Positions 60,740 through 64,000 of a DNA stretch of 64,000 bases are shown here, in pieces. The stretch lies in contig NW_027361695.1 in assembly GCF_039654945.1 (NCBI RefSeq), positions 11,904,001-11,968,000 of the forward strand. The letters run 5' to 3'. This DNA is from Dendrobates tinctorius. Its lineage: Eukaryota. The position numbers were made by a program, and so were the translations under genes. The notes under the pieces were generated by a model, which saw only the letters and a program-made list of their open reading frames with translations, made no database searches and was not told where the DNA came from. Position 1 is the first letter of the stretch; every line of letters starts with the position of its first letter.

Positions 60740-63182
60740 CAGTTGTGCTCAAAAGTTTACATACCCCAGCAGAATTTCGTCTTTCTTGGCCTTTTTTCAG
60801 AGATTATGAATGATAACACTAAAACTTTTTCTCCACTCATGGTTAGTGGTTGGGTGAAGCCATTTATTGTCAAACTGCTGTGTTTTCTCTTTTTAAATCA
60901 TAATGACAACCCAAAACATCCAAATGACCCTGATCAAAAATTCACATTCCCCATTTCTTAATACCGTGTATTGCCCCCTCTAACACCAATGACAGCTTGA
61001 AGTCTTTTGTGGTAGTTGTGGATAAGGTTCTTTATTTTCACAGATGGTAAAGATGCCCACTCTTCTAGGTAAAAAGCCTCCATTTCCTGAAAATTCCTGG
61101 GCTGTCTAGCATGAACTGTGAGCTTGAGATCTTCCCAGAGTGGCTCAATGATATTGAGGTCAGGAGACTGAGATGGCCACTCCAGAACCTTCACTTTGTT
61201 CTGCTGTAGCCAATGACAGGTTGACTTGGCCTTGTGTTTTGGATTGTTGTATTGTTGTATTGTTGTCATGTCCAAGTACACCCCATGCACAGCTTCTGGG
61301 CTGATGATTGCAAATTTATCTCCAGTATTTGCTGATAACGTGCTGCATTCATCTTTCCTTCAACTTTGACCAAGTTTCCTGTGCCTTTGTAGCTCACACA
61401 TCCCCAAAACATCAGCGATCCACCTCCGTGCTTTACAGTAGGAATGGTGCTCTGTTATGAATGAGTCACCGTAGGAGGCAAAAACAGAAATGCTAGCTAA
61501 GTCCAGAAAACCAGAGAAGTTGGCAGCTATCGGATTCCAGACCCCTGAACCTATCAACAACAACTTGCAGTAGCCGTGGGGGGTTCCTACGGTGCCCTAG
61601 ACCCCTCGATCACAGCCGGAGAACTACATAGCCTAAAGACAGAAAGGGAAATCTAAACTGCCCCAGAGCAGACCCCAAAGCAATAGGCAGCCCCCAACAT
61701 ATAATGACGGTGAAGCAAGAAGAAAAAACACTCACACAGATAGAAAGATAGGCTGAGCAAATGATGGTTCCCAAGCTAACTAGATAGGACAGGATAGAAA
61801 AGCTGCTGTCTGCAATCCGCCAAAAACCCTATCAAAAACAAGAGCCAACAGACTGACAGGGAAAAAGGCCCTGAAGACGCTAGGCTTCAAAAAGACTATG
61901 TCAGTACTCAGGTATTTTCTGAAGACAGAGCAAAAAGACACAAAGGAATTCAGCTCACCCCAGGAGGGAATGGCAGAATCCAGAAAAGCAAGGCAAAATA
62001 GAACCAAAACACAAATGCAAAAAGCAAGGCAGAAAACTTAGCTTTTGAGGAGCAGGAATCAGACTGGTCTCCTAGAATCCCTCAGAGAAATCACCAGCGA
62101 GGCAGAAGGGCGTCGGCTGCCTTATATCCAGTCAGCAATTCCCGTCACCCAGTCATCCTCTACCAGCTCAGGTGTTTGTTAATCAGCCTCACTACCTTCC
62201 TTCACCAGAAGAGGGAGTTCATCAGACCTCAATGGTGAAGGGAAAATGAACACATAACTGTGTTTCTTTCATCATAGGCCTTGTTGGCCTCTCTCCAAAT
62301 GTAACATTTATGATGGTAGCCAAAAAGTTCAATTTTGGTCTCATCACTCCAAACTACCTTGTTCCAGAAGTTTGAGGCTTGTCTCTGTGCTGTTTTGTGT
62401 ATTGTAACCTAGATACTTTTTTGGCATTTGCTCAGTAATGGGTTTATTCTAACGACTCAAACATGCCTCCTTATTGTGCATCTTGAAACAGCCACACCGC
62501 TAGTTTTCAGAGAGTCCATTATTTCAGCTGATGTTATTTGTGGATTTTTCTTTGCATCCCGAACAATTTTCCTGACAGTTGTGGACGACATTTTTGTTGG
62601 TCTACCTGACCGTGGTTTTCTTTTTACAGAGCCCCTGATATTCCACTTGTTAATCACAGCTTGAACGCTGCTAACTGGCATTATCAATTCCTTGGATATC
62701 TTTTTGTATCCCTTTCTTGTTTTATACCGTTAAACTACCTTTTCCCGTAGATCTGTTGACAATTCTTTTGCTTTCCCCACGACACACAATCCAGAAACGT
62801 CAGTAGCTGGATGATGGATGCAAGAGTCTGTCTGGATCCTAGAAACTCACTCAGCTTTTATGCACACACACTGATTACAAGCAAACAGGTCACAGGTGAG
62901 GATGTTACCTTTAGTAGCCAGTCAAACCCATTTGTGTCAACTTCTGTGCATGTTATCAGGCCAAAATCACCAGGGTATGTGAACTTATGATCAGGGTCAT
63001 TTGGATGTTTTGGGTTGTCATTATGATTTAAAAAGAGAAAACACAGTAGTTTGACAATAAATGACTTCACCCAACCACTAACCATGAGTGGAGGAAAAGT
63101 TCTGGTGTTATCATTCATATTCTCTGAAAAAAGGCCAAGAAAGCAAAAATTCTGCTGGGGTATGTAAACTTTTGAGCACAAC

Positions 63183-63184
<2 letters not shown>
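60740..63184 (-). mobile_element. Tc1 transposon, degenerate, interrupted by a solo LTR
   Basis: TA|CAGTTGTGCTCAAAAGTTTACATACCCC...TTTTGAGCACAACTC|TA, ~210-bp TIRs; RSGRPTK, NPKH, SPDLNIIE. Confidence 0.93.
61453..62259 (-). mobile_element. Solo LTR of the same chromovirus family
   Basis: Reverse-complement match to the 14442 LTR; degenerate 6-bp TSD GTGCTC / GTGTTT. Confidence 0.92.
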
Positions 63185-63239
<55 letters not shown>

Positions 63240-63272
63240 TATCGTTCTGTTATCTATCTATCTATCTATCTC
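63185..63272. repeat. (TATC)n microsatellite, right part
   Basis: Direct observation. Confidence 0.95.
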
Positions 63273-63282
63273 TCATATCCTT

Positions 63283-63717
63283 NNNNNNNNNNNNNNNNNN
63301 NNNNNNNNNNNNNNNNNNNNNNNNNNNNNNNNNNNNNNNNNNNNNNNNNNNNNNNNNNNNNNNNNNNNNNNNNNNNNNNNNNNNNNNNNNNNNNNNNNNN
63401 NNNNNNNNNNNNNNNNNNNNNNNNNNNNNNNNNNNNNNNNNNNNNNNNNNNNNNNNNNNNNNNNNNNNNNNNNNNNNNNNNNNNNNNNNNNNNNNNNNNN
63501 NNNNNNNNNNNNNNNNNNNNNNNNNNNNNNNNNNNNNNNNNNNNNNNNNNNNNNNNNNNNNNNNNNNNNNNNNNNNNNNNNNNNNNNNNNNNNNNNNNNN
63601 NNNNNNNNNNNNNNNNNNNNNNNNNNNNNNNNNNNNNNNNNNNNNNNNNNNNNNNNNNNNNNNNNNNNNNNNNNNNNNNNNNNNNNNNNNNNNNNNNNNN
63701 NNNNNNNNNNNNNNNNN
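63283..63717. other. Assembly gap (435 N)
   Basis: Run of N. Confidence 1.
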
Positions 63718-64000
63718 CGCTGTCATCGGTCTCTACGGGGGCTTGCTCCTGTTTTGGGGAACTCCTGGACAAAAACACAACGATCCAAAGTGACTGAAAG
63801 CCATCGTCATGCGGTTTGGCCTGTAAATGGCCGGATTCTGCACAATGTGGCCACCGGGCAGAGGTTGGCAGCGTCCACATTCCTATTCATCGGCCTTTGT
63901 CTCCTGGTTTAGCACTTGCAGTGTGTGTCGTGTTACCAGGAGACGTCGCTCCTCCGCAGGTTTACGGTGTCTTACGGTAATTGCCGACTTATTGTTAATC

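Noticed and set aside
63088-63912. ORFs spanning the N run
   Set aside because: Artefacts of the assembly gap and the (TATC)n repeat.

Overview
Vertebrate genomic DNA, most likely a frog judging by its repeat content (inference); it is not prokaryotic. Three spliced host genes can be assembled by hand from GT-AG junctions. (1) A complete 8-exon THOC7 (+, 590-26874, 201 aa). (2) A complete 5-exon C3orf49-like gene (-, 41229-31269, 292 aa). Its C-terminus aligns with the synaptobrevin R-SNARE motif but ends in a cysteine cluster instead of a transmembrane helix. (3) The first four coding exons of a CDHR3/CDHR4-type cadherin-related gene (+, from 52907), probably the CDHR18 orthologue by synteny. 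THOC7 intron 6 (15.5 kb) is a nested transposon stack. A CR1 LINE is split by a full-length DIRS tyrosine-recombinase retrotransposon, with ITRs, ICR and a 4-bp TTTC crossover core all visible. The DIRS in turn holds a young full-length self-priming Tf1/sushi-type chromovirus, a solo LTR and a second CR1 3' end. All three LTR insertions in the window have 6-bp TSDs. The remainder is Tc1 copies, hAT/Harbinger/T2-type MITEs, minisatellites (one made of about 48 EPO-type HRE + MRE units), MITE-borne telomeric repeats, a near-perfect 129-bp palindrome and an assembly gap. MITE family names come from terminal patterns only; no database search was run.
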